Notes: generated from the letters alone by a model not told the origin. A DNA stretch of 64,000 nt from Candidatus Cloacimonadales bacterium (GCA_963677495.2 CAXXOU010000004.1:704001-768000), one strand, 5' to 3'; counted from the stretch's first letter, positions 38,381 to 49,072 are shown. Program-made: numbers and translations.

Positions 38381-38518
38381 TTTCTCTATTATTTTGGCTT
38401 GAAAATTCTCCGTTATTTTGGCACACTTTTTCTCTACCATTTGTCTCATTTTCTTAATACTGGATAATTTCTCTGACATTTTGGCACGTTTCTCTGACAT
38501 TTTGGCGGGGGTTATGAG
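38381..38518 (-). repeat. Five putative transposase-binding sites at the prophage right end
   Basis: TTTCTCNNNNATTTTGGC-type copies at 38381, 38406, 38429, 38468 and 38489, inverted relative to the left-end copies. Confidence 0.8.
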
Positions 38519-38784
38519 AGTCATTCTAGAGCCTTGAAACTAGCTGATTGTTAAGAGAAAATGAAGAAAAATAGCAGTTGAATCCACTTCAAGTAAAATG
38601 TTCTAACCACTTAAAAACATAACAATTACGCATAAACACCAGTCTTAACCCATACTCAGGAATTACAGAAAAGAAAAAAGTTAGGCATTTTAAGGAATTA
38701 TTCTTGACAGAGTGGGCAAAGAAAGTCAAATTTGAATCATTATAAGGCAATAGAATTCAATAAAAGGCAAAAAGTGAGGTTAGA

Positions 38785-39228
38785 TTGAATTATACGAGCT
38801 TCTACGGTCACTCAAAAAACAGTCTGAACAAAAACAGGGTTGTGATACCTAAGGATTTCAAGAATGCTATTACAGTAGCTGCAAAGCAGACATTCTATAT
38901 CCTTCCGGGTCAGGACAACCGTTGCTTGATGGTTTTCCCCGCAGATGTGTGGGTGGAAATTATCTCTAAGATGGCTGAGAGTGATGAGAAAGCTGTGAAG
39001 CGTCGTATGAAAGCAATGCTCATGATGGCCTCTAAGGAGAAGCTTGAAGGAAATGCAGGAAGAGTGAGATTGCCGGAGACGTTAATGGCAATGGTTGGGA
39101 TTACAGGAAACAAGGTTCATTTCTTTGGTGAAGGTCGTTACTTCACTATCTACGGGGAAGAACAGGGTGATAAGAAATTCCAGGAAGTTTTCAATAGTAT
39201 TAGTGAAATTGACTTCGACGAGTTTTAG
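38785..39228 (+). CDS. mraZ: Division/cell-wall cluster regulator MraZ (divergent)
   Basis: RVVIP..F, CL.VFP...W, GRV.LP; first gene of the dcw cluster; TTG start. Confidence 0.8.
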   Translation: MNYTSFYGHSKNSLNKNRVVIPKDFKNAITVAAKQTFYILPGQDNRCLMVFPADVWVEIISKMAESDEKAVKRRMKAMLMMASKEKLEGNAGRVRLPETLMAMVGITGNKVHFFGEGRYFTIYGEEQGDKKFQEVFNSISEIDFDEF

Positions 39229-39230
39229 TT

Positions 39231-40178
39231 ATGTATCATACTAGTGTCTTACTTAATGAATCAGTCCAATCTCTTCAGCTAAAGCCAAACGGTATTTACG
39301 TTGACGGAACAATGGGTGCCGGTGGGCACTCAAAGGCAATTCTAGAAGAGAACTCTACAATTAGACTCTACTGCTTTGATCAAGATCAGGAAGCAATTGA
39401 TTATGCAAGCAAACGCCTTAGTCCTTTTGGTGAAAGAGTGACTATTATAAAAGACAACTTTGCCAATATTAGAACGCAACTTGCCTGGTGCAAGATTAAC
39501 TCGATAGATGGTATTCTCCTTGATCTCGGTGTCTCATCAAGGCAGTTCGATTCAGGTGAACGCGGATTTAGCTTTCAGGAAGACTATCCGCTAGACATGA
39601 GAATGGACCAGAGTGGAAAGCTTACGGCGAAGGACGTGCTTAACGAACTGACACTGGAAGAACTTACTAAAATCATTAGAGATTACGGTGAAGAGAAGCA
39701 AGCATTTAAAATTTCGAAAGCCATTATCGAAGCACGCGAAATTAAGCCATTAGAAACAACGGGTGAACTATCCCGTATCATAGAGAAAATTGTAAAAGGT
39801 AATCCGAAATTGGTAACAAAGAGCAAGGCTAGAGTATTTCAGGCTTTGCGTATCCATGTGAACGATGAATTAGGAGTGCTGAAAAAAGTTCTGGAAGATG
39901 CTTTAAATATCCTTAATCCGGGGGGGATTATGGCTATTATAACATTCCATAGTTTAGAAGATCGTTTGGTAAAGGAGTTTTTTAAGTATCAGGAGAAAGA
40001 CTGTACTTGCCCACCAAACTTTCCACGCTGTGTTTGCGATAAGGTATCCAGACTAAAAATTATCAGTAAAAAGCCCATCGTTGCATGTGAACAGGAGATC
40101 AGAGAGAACAGCCGTTCAAGGTCTGCTAAGTTAAGAGTTGCCGTTAAGACAAGATGGGGGAGTGATGAACAGAATTAG
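39231..40178 (+). CDS. rsmH: 16S rRNA m4C1402 methyltransferase
   Basis: DGTMGAGGHS, DLGVSS.Q, RGFSF, FHSLEDR, N.RSRSAKLR. Confidence 0.97.
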   Translation: MYHTSVLLNESVQSLQLKPNGIYVDGTMGAGGHSKAILEENSTIRLYCFDQDQEAIDYASKRLSPFGERVTIIKDNFANIRTQLAWCKINSIDGILLDLGVSSRQFDSGERGFSFQEDYPLDMRMDQSGKLTAKDVLNELTLEELTKIIRDYGEEKQAFKISKAIIEAREIKPLETTGELSRIIEKIVKGNPKLVTKSKARVFQALRIHVNDELGVLKKVLEDALNILNPGGIMAIITFHSLEDRLVKEFFKYQEKDCTCPPNFPRCVCDKVSRLKIISKKPIVACEQEIRENSRSRSAKLRVAVKTRWGSDEQN

Positions 40179-40503
40179 TATTATATTTTTAGTCCTGTTC
40201 TCAGCATTTGTCGTACATTTTATCTTCGTATCACTTGTTACAGGCGGTGGACGTTTGAATACAAGACTTCAAAACGAACTTGTAGCTGCAAAAAGCTTAC
40301 AAGAAACTTTGGAGAAAGAAAACAATGTACTAACAGCTCGTGAGAGAGTTGAAGAGATAGCTGAAGACAGACTTGGAATGGTAAAAAGTGAATTTTTAAA
40401 AGACAACCTTGATTTCGTATTATGGGAGGAAACAAGAAAGGGCTGGACCGTTGAGTTTCTGGGTACTATAACCACTAGTGTTTTAGCCGCAGACCGACAA
40501 TGA
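40165..40503 (+). CDS. ftsL: Cell division protein FtsL-like
   Basis: TM helix + coiled coil + ERVEEIA..RLGM; between rsmH and ftsI. Confidence 0.7.
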   Translation: MNRISIIFLVLFSAFVVHFIFVSLVTGGGRLNTRLQNELVAAKSLQETLEKENNVLTARERVEEIAEDRLGMVKSEFLKDNLDFVLWEETRKGWTVEFLGTITTSVLAADRQ

Positions 40504-42722
40504 TTAACTCCCGTATAAAATCTCTAATAATATTTACAACAGGAATAGGAATATTTTGGATAGTTAGCCTATTCCTTATTCAAGTTATAGATGTAAATAA
40601 ATTCAAGGACAGAGCTTCCAGACAATATGTTCCAGGACGCGAGGTGATTCTTCCCCAACGAGGTTCAATTTATGACAGGAATGGTGAGCTCCTCGTTAGT
40701 ACTCAAAAGTGCTACTCTCTTGAAATTGATCGAGTTGCTATTAATGAGTATGCTAAATATTATTCAACTAAAACAAAACAAATCCATGCTAAAGATATTA
40801 AAGACAATGTAGCGACGGTTGTTTCAAGATATACAGATATACCATACTCAAAGGTAATGAGCAAGCTTAACTTAAAGGGTAAGCGTAGAACAGTTTTAAT
40901 AAGTGATAAGATATCTGAACTTGCAATCAAGAGTATTAAAGAAGACTTCAGAAAAGAGAGATATAGATTCCATGTTGTAACTTTCAACTCGTTCCGAAGA
41001 GTCTATCAGAAAGGTGCACTAGCTGCACGATTAATTGGAGCGGTTACCAGTGATATTGACAAGGACTTAAAAATACGTAATCCTGAGAAGACACTCTATG
41101 AACTGAAAGGTATCTGTGGGGTTGAGAAGAGCTTTAACGAAGTACTGAGTGGAGAGCATGGCTGGAAAGATGTTATGTATGAAGCTAACTCTAAGTCTCC
41201 AATAGATTATGAAGGTCTTAAAACACATCCTGCAATTGATGGAAAAGATGTCTATCTTACAATAGATTCCGATATTCAAGAGATTGTTAAAAATGTGCTG
41301 GAAGCAGGACTAAAAAAAACGAGTGCTAAGAATGCTGTTGGTATTGTTATGAGTACGGAAACAGGTGAAATCTATGCGATGAGTAGTGTTAATAATGATG
41401 ACAAGTCAAGAGACATTAAGAAGTTGAGAACACTACCAAACTTATGTGTTAGCTTCCTATATGAGCCGGGATCAACTTTAAAAGCTATCACTGCAGCAGC
41501 AGCACTTCATTACAATACAATATCTATAGATGATACTGTAAATTGTAGATCCAGGACAGAATATTTTGGTAAGGGACGTAGGAAGAAGAAGAGGATTATA
41601 GATGATGATGATCATGATTATCATGATTTATCGCTTAGAGATATTATTGCAAAATCATCTAATCCGGGAATATCAAGAGTTTCAGATAGAATCGATGACA
41701 TAAAACTGTACAATATGTTTAGAGATTTTGGCTTTGGACGTAAGACAGGTACTGATTTTAATGAAGAAGCTAAAGGTTTAATGAGACCTATAGATAAATG
41801 GACAAGTTATTCAAAGCATTCTCTATCATTTGGTCATGAGATTAGTGTTACTCCACTTCAAGTAGCAGCTTCCTATGTCACAATAGCTAATAACGGTAAG
41901 CCATTAAAACCTTATGTACTTTTAGGCACAAAAGATGAGAATGGAAACATGGATTATTCTAAACCCAGAGAAGGTGATAGAATTCTCAAGAAAAGTGCTG
42001 TTAGAGATGTTCAATCAGCTCTTGAAGCTGTGGTGGAATATGGTACAGGTTCAAGATTAAATCTTGAATACTTGAATCTTGCAGGAAAGACCGGTACAGC
42101 TGAAAAGCTTGATCCTGTGACGAAGAGGTACACTAATAAATACTTTGCATCTTTTAGTGGATATTTCCCAACTGATAAGCCAAAATTCGTTGTATTTGTA
42201 ATGTACGATGAAGCCTCTTACTATTATAGGACAGGTTCTTTATCAGCAGGAGTATCAGTAAACAAGATTGCTAGAGGAATACTGTCATTACCTCGTTATC
42301 GATTAGCAGAAAAAGAGGTAATTAATGATATCGTTCTAAGAAAAGTACCTGATGTAAAAGGCATGGATCTTACTCAGGCCAAAGAGATATTAACTGACAG
42401 AAGAATACAGTTTGACATAAAGAAAAAAGATGACAATGGGATTGTTCTGGAGCAGATACCTGAAGAGGGTGTTGAGATTGGCCCCGGTCACAAAGTGATA
42501 CTAGTTGTCGGGGAAAGGTCAATCTCAAGTGAAAACCTTGAAAATGAAGAAACAAAAGTTATGCCTGATTTGGTTGGAAAAACAGTTCGAAGTGCTATGC
42601 AATTAGCACAGTCTCATGGGTTTGTTTTGAAAATTATGGGAACCGGGATTATTAAATCTCAATCTATAAAAGTTGGAAGAGAGTTAAAAGCAGGAATGGT
42701 ATGCAAAGTAAGTTTACGATAA
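40500..42722 (+). CDS. ftsI: Class B penicillin-binding protein with two PASTA domains
   Basis: RGSIYDRNG, EPGSTLK (SxxK), KSSN, KTGTA. Confidence 0.9.
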   Translation: MINSRIKSLIIFTTGIGIFWIVSLFLIQVIDVNKFKDRASRQYVPGREVILPQRGSIYDRNGELLVSTQKCYSLEIDRVAINEYAKYYSTKTKQIHAKDIKDNVATVVSRYTDIPYSKVMSKLNLKGKRRTVLISDKISELAIKSIKEDFRKERYRFHVVTFNSFRRVYQKGALAARLIGAVTSDIDKDLKIRNPEKTLYELKGICGVEKSFNEVLSGEHGWKDVMYEANSKSPIDYEGLKTHPAIDGKDVYLTIDSDIQEIVKNVLEAGLKKTSAKNAVGIVMSTETGEIYAMSSVNNDDKSRDIKKLRTLPNLCVSFLYEPGSTLKAITAAAALHYNTISIDDTVNCRSRTEYFGKGRRKKKRIIDDDDHDYHDLSLRDIIAKSSNPGISRVSDRIDDIKLYNMFRDFGFGRKTGTDFNEEAKGLMRPIDKWTSYSKHSLSFGHEISVTPLQVAASYVTIANNGKPLKPYVLLGTKDENGNMDYSKPREGDRILKKSAVRDVQSALEAVVEYGTGSRLNLEYLNLAGKTGTAEKLDPVTKRYTNKYFASFSGYFPTDKPKFVVFVMYDEASYYYRTGSLSAGVSVNKIARGILSLPRYRLAEKEVINDIVLRKVPDVKGMDLTQAKEILTDRRIQFDIKKKDDNGIVLEQIPEEGVEIGPGHKVILVVGERSISSENLENEETKVMPDLVGKTVRSAMQLAQSHGFVLKIMGTGIIKSQSIKVGRELKAGMVCKVSLR

Positions 42723-45475
42723 GTGATATAATAAAGATTTTAAAGAAAAATGGCCTCTATCAATCAAAGAGTTATGTAAATTCAGAGGTACCTATTAATG
42801 GAACAGTCCATACTGATTCTAGAAAGATTCAAAATGGCGATGTGTTTGTTGCAATCAAGGGATTTGTTTCAGATGGACACCAATTTATCCGAGATGCTGC
42901 AGATGCAGGTGCTGTGCTAATTATTTCGGAAGCTATGGTGACAACTCACCTTCCTCAGATTAAAGTTGTTGATAGTAGAAAAGCAACTGCTGTTATAATA
43001 AATGAGTTAACCGGTAACCCAACTTCTAAACTGAAACTTATCGGTATCACAGGTACAAATGGGAAGACAACGACATCATTTATTATAAGCAATTTGTTTA
43101 AACAATTCGGTGTAAAATATGGAGTTATTGGAACTCTTGGTTATTATATCGAAGATGAGTTCTTTCCCACAAAACTGACAACACCTGATATTCTGGATTT
43201 AAACAGGATTTTCCTCAAGATGCTTGAAAGGGGAGTTGAGATTGTTGTGATGGAAGTTTCAGCGCATGCTATCTCACTTAGAAGGATTGATGGTCTTAAG
43301 TTTGATCTGGCATGTTTCACAAACCTATCAAGAGATCATCTCGATTTCTATAAATCAATGAATGAGTATTATCAAACAAAGAAGGGATTCATTCAAGATG
43401 TTGCTGAACAAGGTGGTCGAGTTCTTATTAATTATGAGGATGAATGGAGTAAGAAGCTTTTTAAATCGATTAAAGGCAAAAAATTCTCGATTGGTGCAGA
43501 ACAAGCCGACTATACATTGAAAGAGATTTCTGTTACTAAAAAAATGAGTGAATTTAGTTGTGCTATCGGTGGAGATGTTTGTAGATTTAAAACTAACTTA
43601 CCCGGTAAGTACAATATTCGCAATGCAGTTATGGCTATAGTCTCAATGCATTTATTATATCCTGATTTAAAATGTGAACAATTGGACTTATCAAAAATGG
43701 ATTTCGTACCGGGTCGCTTAGAGAGGATAACTAATTGCAGTGGTGTGACAATTTTCAATGATTATGCACACACACCTGATGCTATTGAGAAAGTATTAGA
43801 AAGCATTAATGAGTTTGCTGATGGCAGGATTATTACTATTTGTGGAGCCGGTGGTGATAGAGACAAGGGGAAAAGACCTGAAATGTTCAGGAAAGCATTG
43901 AAAGGTTCTGATTTAGTTATCGTTACAAATGATAATCCCCGTTTCGAGAAACCGAACGATATAATCAATGATATGGTTGGTGAAGCAAGAGTTGAGGATA
44001 ACTACTTAATTATTAGAGATAGAAAGGTTGCAATAGAAACAGCTATTAAACTGGCTCATGCAAATGATATTGTCTTGATTGCCGGAAAAGGTCATGAAGA
44101 GTATCAAGAAATAGAAGGTATTAGGCATCCATTTAGTGATAAAGAAGTTGCACTAAATTACAGAGAGCGAGTATCAAGGACAGGTAAGTTAAGTGTATAT
44201 CTTGATTTAGTCTGGGTACAAAAGATTCTTGGGATTGAGTTTAGTGATGATACTGAGTATATCTTTAAGTATGTTTCAACAGATTCCAGGTCTATTAGAC
44301 GAAACTCTTTGTTTATTGCCTTGAAAGGTGAAAGATTTGATGGTCATACATACCTTGAAGAAGTATTAGCAGAACCAACAAACTGGGCAATTGTATCAAG
44401 AAGGATTAATCATCCTCGATGTATATATGTACAAGATACGTTACGAGCATATGGGGAACTGGCTAAGAATTATCTTAAGTTGTTTAATTTAAAGACAATT
44501 GGCATTACCGGAAGTGCCGGAAAAACTACAACGAAAGAGATATTATACAATATCCTTGAAGTTAAGTATAAAACTCATAAGACATTTGCCAATGAGAATA
44601 ACCTGATTGGTTTACCTAAAACTATTTTTAAACTCAGTAATAAAGATGAAGCTGCTATTTTCGAGTTGGGAAGTAACCATCCAGGAGAGATAAAGCGTTT
44701 AGCTGAAATTTGTGAACCCCAGATAGGGATTATTACTCATATTGGACCGTCACATCTTGAATTCTTCCATGACCTAGATGGTGTTTATAAAGAGAAAGTC
44801 TCATTGTTTGAGCATGTTCAAGATTTTAAATTATATAATAATGATAGTGGATACTTTAAAGAGATTAGAAACAGTATTTCGATAGGGTTTGAGGATCGCA
44901 ATGATTTAGCAATCAAAGATATTACATCACATCAGAATGGATTGAAATTCATGCTGAATGAAGATACTTACTTCGTTAATACACAAGTTCCTTACCTAAC
45001 TTTGAACGCTGCTTTAGCATTAAAAACAGCTGAACTATTGGGACTACAAAATACTGAGATTAATATAGGTCTAAAGAAAGCTATAGAAATAGAGAACAGA
45101 ATGGAGATTCAAGAAAAAGGCAATCGAATTATCATAAAAGATTGTTATAATGCTAATCCTATTTCGATGAAAGCAGCTATTAGTTTTTGGCAAAATCTCA
45201 ATCCTTCTACACCGCATATTGCCTTTTTAGGGGATATGTTGGAATTAGGTAATAAATCTGAGGAGTATCATAAGGATCTGTTGAACTATATAAATCAAAA
45301 AGACTTTGTTGTTTCTATTGGCTATTATTCAAGGGTTCTAGGATGCAACAACCACTATGATAATATTGAAAATTTGTTAAGAGATTTTAGTTTTGATAAT
45401 TTACCTGATAAGTGTGTTATCCTTTTAAAAGCTTCTAACAGCGTACGTTTATACAAAATAATGGAGCGTTTATAA
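42701..45475 (+). CDS. murE/murF: MurE-MurF fusion ligase
   Basis: Two ligase modules in one ORF: GTNGKTT..DNPR..GKGHE (MurE) then DSR..GSAGKTT..DCYNANP.SM..GDMLELG (MurF). Confidence 0.92.
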   Translation: MQSKFTISDIIKILKKNGLYQSKSYVNSEVPINGTVHTDSRKIQNGDVFVAIKGFVSDGHQFIRDAADAGAVLIISEAMVTTHLPQIKVVDSRKATAVIINELTGNPTSKLKLIGITGTNGKTTTSFIISNLFKQFGVKYGVIGTLGYYIEDEFFPTKLTTPDILDLNRIFLKMLERGVEIVVMEVSAHAISLRRIDGLKFDLACFTNLSRDHLDFYKSMNEYYQTKKGFIQDVAEQGGRVLINYEDEWSKKLFKSIKGKKFSIGAEQADYTLKEISVTKKMSEFSCAIGGDVCRFKTNLPGKYNIRNAVMAIVSMHLLYPDLKCEQLDLSKMDFVPGRLERITNCSGVTIFNDYAHTPDAIEKVLESINEFADGRIITICGAGGDRDKGKRPEMFRKALKGSDLVIVTNDNPRFEKPNDIINDMVGEARVEDNYLIIRDRKVAIETAIKLAHANDIVLIAGKGHEEYQEIEGIRHPFSDKEVALNYRERVSRTGKLSVYLDLVWVQKILGIEFSDDTEYIFKYVSTDSRSIRRNSLFIALKGERFDGHTYLEEVLAEPTNWAIVSRRINHPRCIYVQDTLRAYGELAKNYLKLFNLKTIGITGSAGKTTTKEILYNILEVKYKTHKTFANENNLIGLPKTIFKLSNKDEAAIFELGSNHPGEIKRLAEICEPQIGIITHIGPSHLEFFHDLDGVYKEKVSLFEHVQDFKLYNNDSGYFKEIRNSISIGFEDRNDLAIKDITSHQNGLKFMLNEDTYFVNTQVPYLTLNAALALKTAELLGLQNTEINIGLKKAIEIENRMEIQEKGNRIIIKDCYNANPISMKAAISFWQNLNPSTPHIAFLGDMLELGNKSEEYHKDLLNYINQKDFVVSIGYYSRVLGCNNHYDNIENLLRDFSFDNLPDKCVILLKASNSVRLYKIMERL

Positions 45476-46577
45476 TGCTATATTTACTTCTAGCCCCACT
45501 GCAAGATTACCATATCTTTTTTAATGTGTTTAGATATGTAACTTTCCGTTCGATAATGGCATTTATTACAGCTTTAGTTTTCTCTCTGTTTATAGGAAAA
45601 AGACTAATCAATCTACTTAGAAATAAGAAAGCTGTTGAAGAGATTGATGAAGATATGCCTGAAACACACAGATCAAAAAAAGGTACCCCTACAATGGGAG
45701 GACTAATTATTTTGCTGGGATTGCTGATCTCATCAATACTCTGGAATGATATTAGTAATACTTTTATTTTATTGATGTATCTGACTACAATTTGGTTGGG
45801 ATTTTTTGGGTTCTTAGATGACTATTTAAAGAACTTTGTTAAAGCTAAGAAGGGATTAATCCCTAAATATAAGTTGTTAGGACAGGTTTCAATAGCTCTT
45901 TTGGTTTCAATTGCCATTTTTGTTTTATACAAAGATGATCCCAATGTAACAATGATTCAGATTCCGTTCCTTAAAAATACTTCAATAACTTTAGGATTAC
46001 TCTTTATACCTTTTGTTGTATTTATGATAACAGGTACTTCTAATGCTGTTAATCTTACAGATGGATTAGATGGACTTGCGGCTGGAGTAATCTCATTTTC
46101 AGTGATTGGACTTGGTATAATGGCTTATATTAAAGGTAACTTTGTTATGTCTGAGTATTTGCATATGGAGTTTATTGCTGAAGCTGGTGAATTATCAGTC
46201 TTCACATCTGCATTATTGGGTACATTAATAGGATTCTTATGGTATAATACCCATCCTGCAGAAATATTCATGGGTGATACTGGATCATTAGCGCTAGGTG
46301 GAATACTAGCTCAAATGTCAATTTTGCTCCGGGAGCAGATATTCTTTGCTATTATTGGTCTTATTTTTATCTCAGAAACACTTTCAGTTATCATGCAGAG
46401 AAGATATTTTAGATATACAAAGAAAAAGTTTGGTGAGGGTAAGCGAATTTTTTTATGTGCTCCTATACACCACCATTTTGAAAGCAAGGTATTAAAGAAA
46501 CAAAGATTGTTGTTAGATTCTGGATTGTTTCAATTCTACTTTTAGCATTAGGTCTTGCAACAATCAAGCTTCGATAG
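45475..46577 (+). CDS. mraY: Phospho-N-acetylmuramoyl-pentapeptide transferase, with apparent 1-bp deletion near 46487
   Basis: [28 protein letters not shown]; canonical tail [18 protein letters not shown] lies in another frame ending at TAG 46577. Confidence 0.92.
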
Positions 46578-46586
46578 GAAAATAAA

Positions 46587-47900
46587 ATGATAGATATTAA
46601 GCTTAAATACGGAATTCTTGGATTTGCCCGAAGTGGGCTTGCTGTTGCTGATAAACTAAAGAACGCAAATGCTGATTATATTATTTCAGACAGCAAAGAA
46701 ATTACCTTTTTTGATAAAGATTTAACAACAAAATATAATTGTGAATTTGGTGGACATAGCAATAGACTGTTAGAAAGTGATGTATTAATTGTTAGCCCGG
46801 GTGTACCCTATAGAGCACCTATAATTAAGAAGGCTCAAGAGATAGGCATAGATGTAATATCGGAGATTGAGTTTGCTTATAGAATAAAACATCCCAACTC
46901 TAAACTTATTGCCATTACAGGCTCAAATGGTAAAAGTACAACTGTAAGTCTAATCCATCATATACTAATCCAAAGAGGATATAACTCAATTCTAGCAGGG
47001 AATATTGGAACTGCTTTCTCAGGATGTGATATTGAAAATCCAGATGTGGATTTCATTGTATTAGAAGTAAGTAGTTTTCAGCTTGAACTAATAAAGGACT
47101 TTAAACCTGACGTAGCAGCAGTTTTAAATGTTACCCCTGATCATCTTAATCGCTATGATAGTTTTGAACATTATGGACTTACAAAACTCAAGATCTTTGA
47201 TAATCTTGATGCAAACTCACTAGCAATCGCAAACTATGATGATGATTTTACACAATCGAATATTGATAGAGTGGGTGAAAATTTTCTTCAATTTTCATTA
47301 AAAAACCCAACTGATTGCTTCATAGATAAGGAATGCATTGTTTATAAAGATAGTTTTATTGATCTAGATACTCTACCGATAAAAGGTCCACATAATGTTG
47401 CCAATATGATGTCTGCAGTTTTATGCCTTAGTCCATACTTTAATCTTCAGGAGATTGCAGAAGCTGCAAAAGGATTTAACGCATTAAACCATAGATTAGA
47501 ACCGGTTAGAGAACTTGATGGTGTATTATTCGTTAATGATTCAAAAGCTACAAATACAGATTCAGTAAAATATGCTCTTCAATCATATAGTAATCCTATT
47601 AGGGTTATTCTAGGTGGATCAGACAAAGGTGAAGATTTCACAGTACTGATACCATATTTGATGAAGCATGTTGTCCAAATATTACTTATTGGTGAAACAA
47701 CTGAAAACATGATTGTTTCTTATAAAGATTTAGATAATGTTATGACTTGTAAAACTCTCGAAGAAGCTGTACTTGCAGCATATCAGTCTGCACAAAGTGG
47801 AGATGTTATTCTTTTATCACCTGCTTGTGCAAGTTACGATATGTTTAATAATTTTGAACATCGAGGGAATACTTTTAAAGAGATTGTTAGAGGATTGTAA
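46587..47900 (+). CDS. murD: UDP-MurNAc-L-Ala:D-Glu ligase
   Basis: GSNGKST, EVSSFQL, NDSKATN, SPACAS.D. Confidence 0.95.
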   Translation: MIDIKLKYGILGFARSGLAVADKLKNANADYIISDSKEITFFDKDLTTKYNCEFGGHSNRLLESDVLIVSPGVPYRAPIIKKAQEIGIDVISEIEFAYRIKHPNSKLIAITGSNGKSTTVSLIHHILIQRGYNSILAGNIGTAFSGCDIENPDVDFIVLEVSSFQLELIKDFKPDVAAVLNVTPDHLNRYDSFEHYGLTKLKIFDNLDANSLAIANYDDDFTQSNIDRVGENFLQFSLKNPTDCFIDKECIVYKDSFIDLDTLPIKGPHNVANMMSAVLCLSPYFNLQEIAEAAKGFNALNHRLEPVRELDGVLFVNDSKATNTDSVKYALQSYSNPIRVILGGSDKGEDFTVLIPYLMKHVVQILLIGETTENMIVSYKDLDNVMTCKTLEEAVLAAYQSAQSGDVILLSPACASYDMFNNFEHRGNTFKEIVRGL

Positions 47901-49072
47901 TGAAAACAGTATCATTGAACTATTTCAGTAACCAAAAGATTTTCTTACTTTGTATAGCTATCCTAGTTCTATTTGGGTTCTGGATTCAGATCGATTACTA
48001 CTCAACTAAGGACTCCTTTATTAACTTTTTTATGAAGTACTTTATATTTTGGGGAGTAGGACTTTCAGTGATACTCGTACTGATATCAAAAGTAAATCTA
48101 CTTAAGAATGTTAGAAATGGGATCATTATTTTTAACGCAATCTCAATAGGTTTACTGATTCTAGTGTTACTATTTGGTATTAGAGCACATGGAGCTAGAC
48201 GATTTTTAAACTTAGGTAGGTTTACGTTTCAACCCAGTACCTTGGCACGAATGTCCATGATTTTCAGTTTTGCTTATGGTTTATCTAGAATCAAAGAAAG
48301 CATTCAAGAAAAGAACTTAGTGGCTTTTATAACCCTGTTATTCCCATCTTTACTTATACTGGTACCTCAATATGGCCTTATAGCATTAGGTAAGCATATG
48401 AGTACTTTAGCGATAAGTCTCACTACTATGGTAGCTATGATGTGGATGGCAGGAGTAAGAAGACGTTTTATTGGGGGGATATTAGGTGTAGGTATTATTG
48501 CTTTCATTTTGATGATTACTTTTGGAGGAAAATTTGGCAGTGAATTCAGAAAAACACGTGTGAATATTTTCCGAAAATATGCATGGTTCATGCCGGGAGG
48601 GGATAGTATACATATCCCAGGGGGCAGAGATCATCAAGCACGAGAAAGCTTAATTGCACTTACTGCAGGTGGCTTAATTGGTGTTGGATCTAACAAAGGA
48701 TTAGCTAAGTATAACTACATATCGGATGTTAATACTGATTATGCTTTTACAATGATAGCTGAGCAAAGAGGTTTTATCGCAGGATTTTTGGTTATAGGGA
48801 TATATGTTGTTTTATTACTTGTTGTTGCTAGAGAGATGATGAAGATTAAAAGCATGTATCTTAAGCTACTGGGTATGGGATTGGCATTCAATATTTTTAT
48901 GAATGCTATTATACATACTGGAGTTATCCAATCGATTGTAATTCCAACAGGACAGACTTTACCTTTTGTTAGTTGGGGAGGTACTTCCTTTGTTGTGGAC
49001 TTAGCGTCGGCAGCAATAATTTATAACATTATGATTCATAAAGGGAAGTTGTATGAAAAGAGTAGTTATTAG
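47900..49072 (+). CDS. ftsW: SEDS peptidoglycan glycosyltransferase FtsW
   Basis: Multi-TM, GARR....FQPS, TDY....AE, LPFVSWGGTS. Confidence 0.85.
   Translation: MKTVSLNYFSNQKIFLLCIAILVLFGFWIQIDYYSTKDSFINFFMKYFIFWGVGLSVILVLISKVNLLKNVRNGIIIFNAISIGLLILVLLFGIRAHGARRFLNLGRFTFQPSTLARMSMIFSFAYGLSRIKESIQEKNLVAFITLLFPSLLILVPQYGLIALGKHMSTLAISLTTMVAMMWMAGVRRRFIGGILGVGIIAFILMITFGGKFGSEFRKTRVNIFRKYAWFMPGGDSIHIPGGRDHQARESLIALTAGGLIGVGSNKGLAKYNYISDVNTDYAFTMIAEQRGFIAGFLVIGIYVVLLLVVAREMMKIKSMYLKLLGMGLAFNIFMNAIIHTGVIQSIVIPTGQTLPFVSWGGTSFVVDLASAAIIYNIMIHKGKLYEKSSY

Larger units (their letters stand above)
7871..38518 (+). mobile_element. Mu-like transposable prophage (siphovirus-type tail), apparently complete
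   Basis: cI, ner-like, MuA, MuB, GemA-like, DUF3164, MuF, portal, capsid, terminase, tape measure and terminal methylase genes; bounded by inverted arrays of CAAAATNNNRGAGAAA. Exact terminal bases uncertain. Confidence 0.9.

Noticed and set aside
38513..38523. Right end at ...GAGAGTCA as a canonical CA terminus
   Set aside because: The matching left position reads CG rather than TG and the flanks (GTGCC versus TTCTA) are not duplicated; left unresolved.
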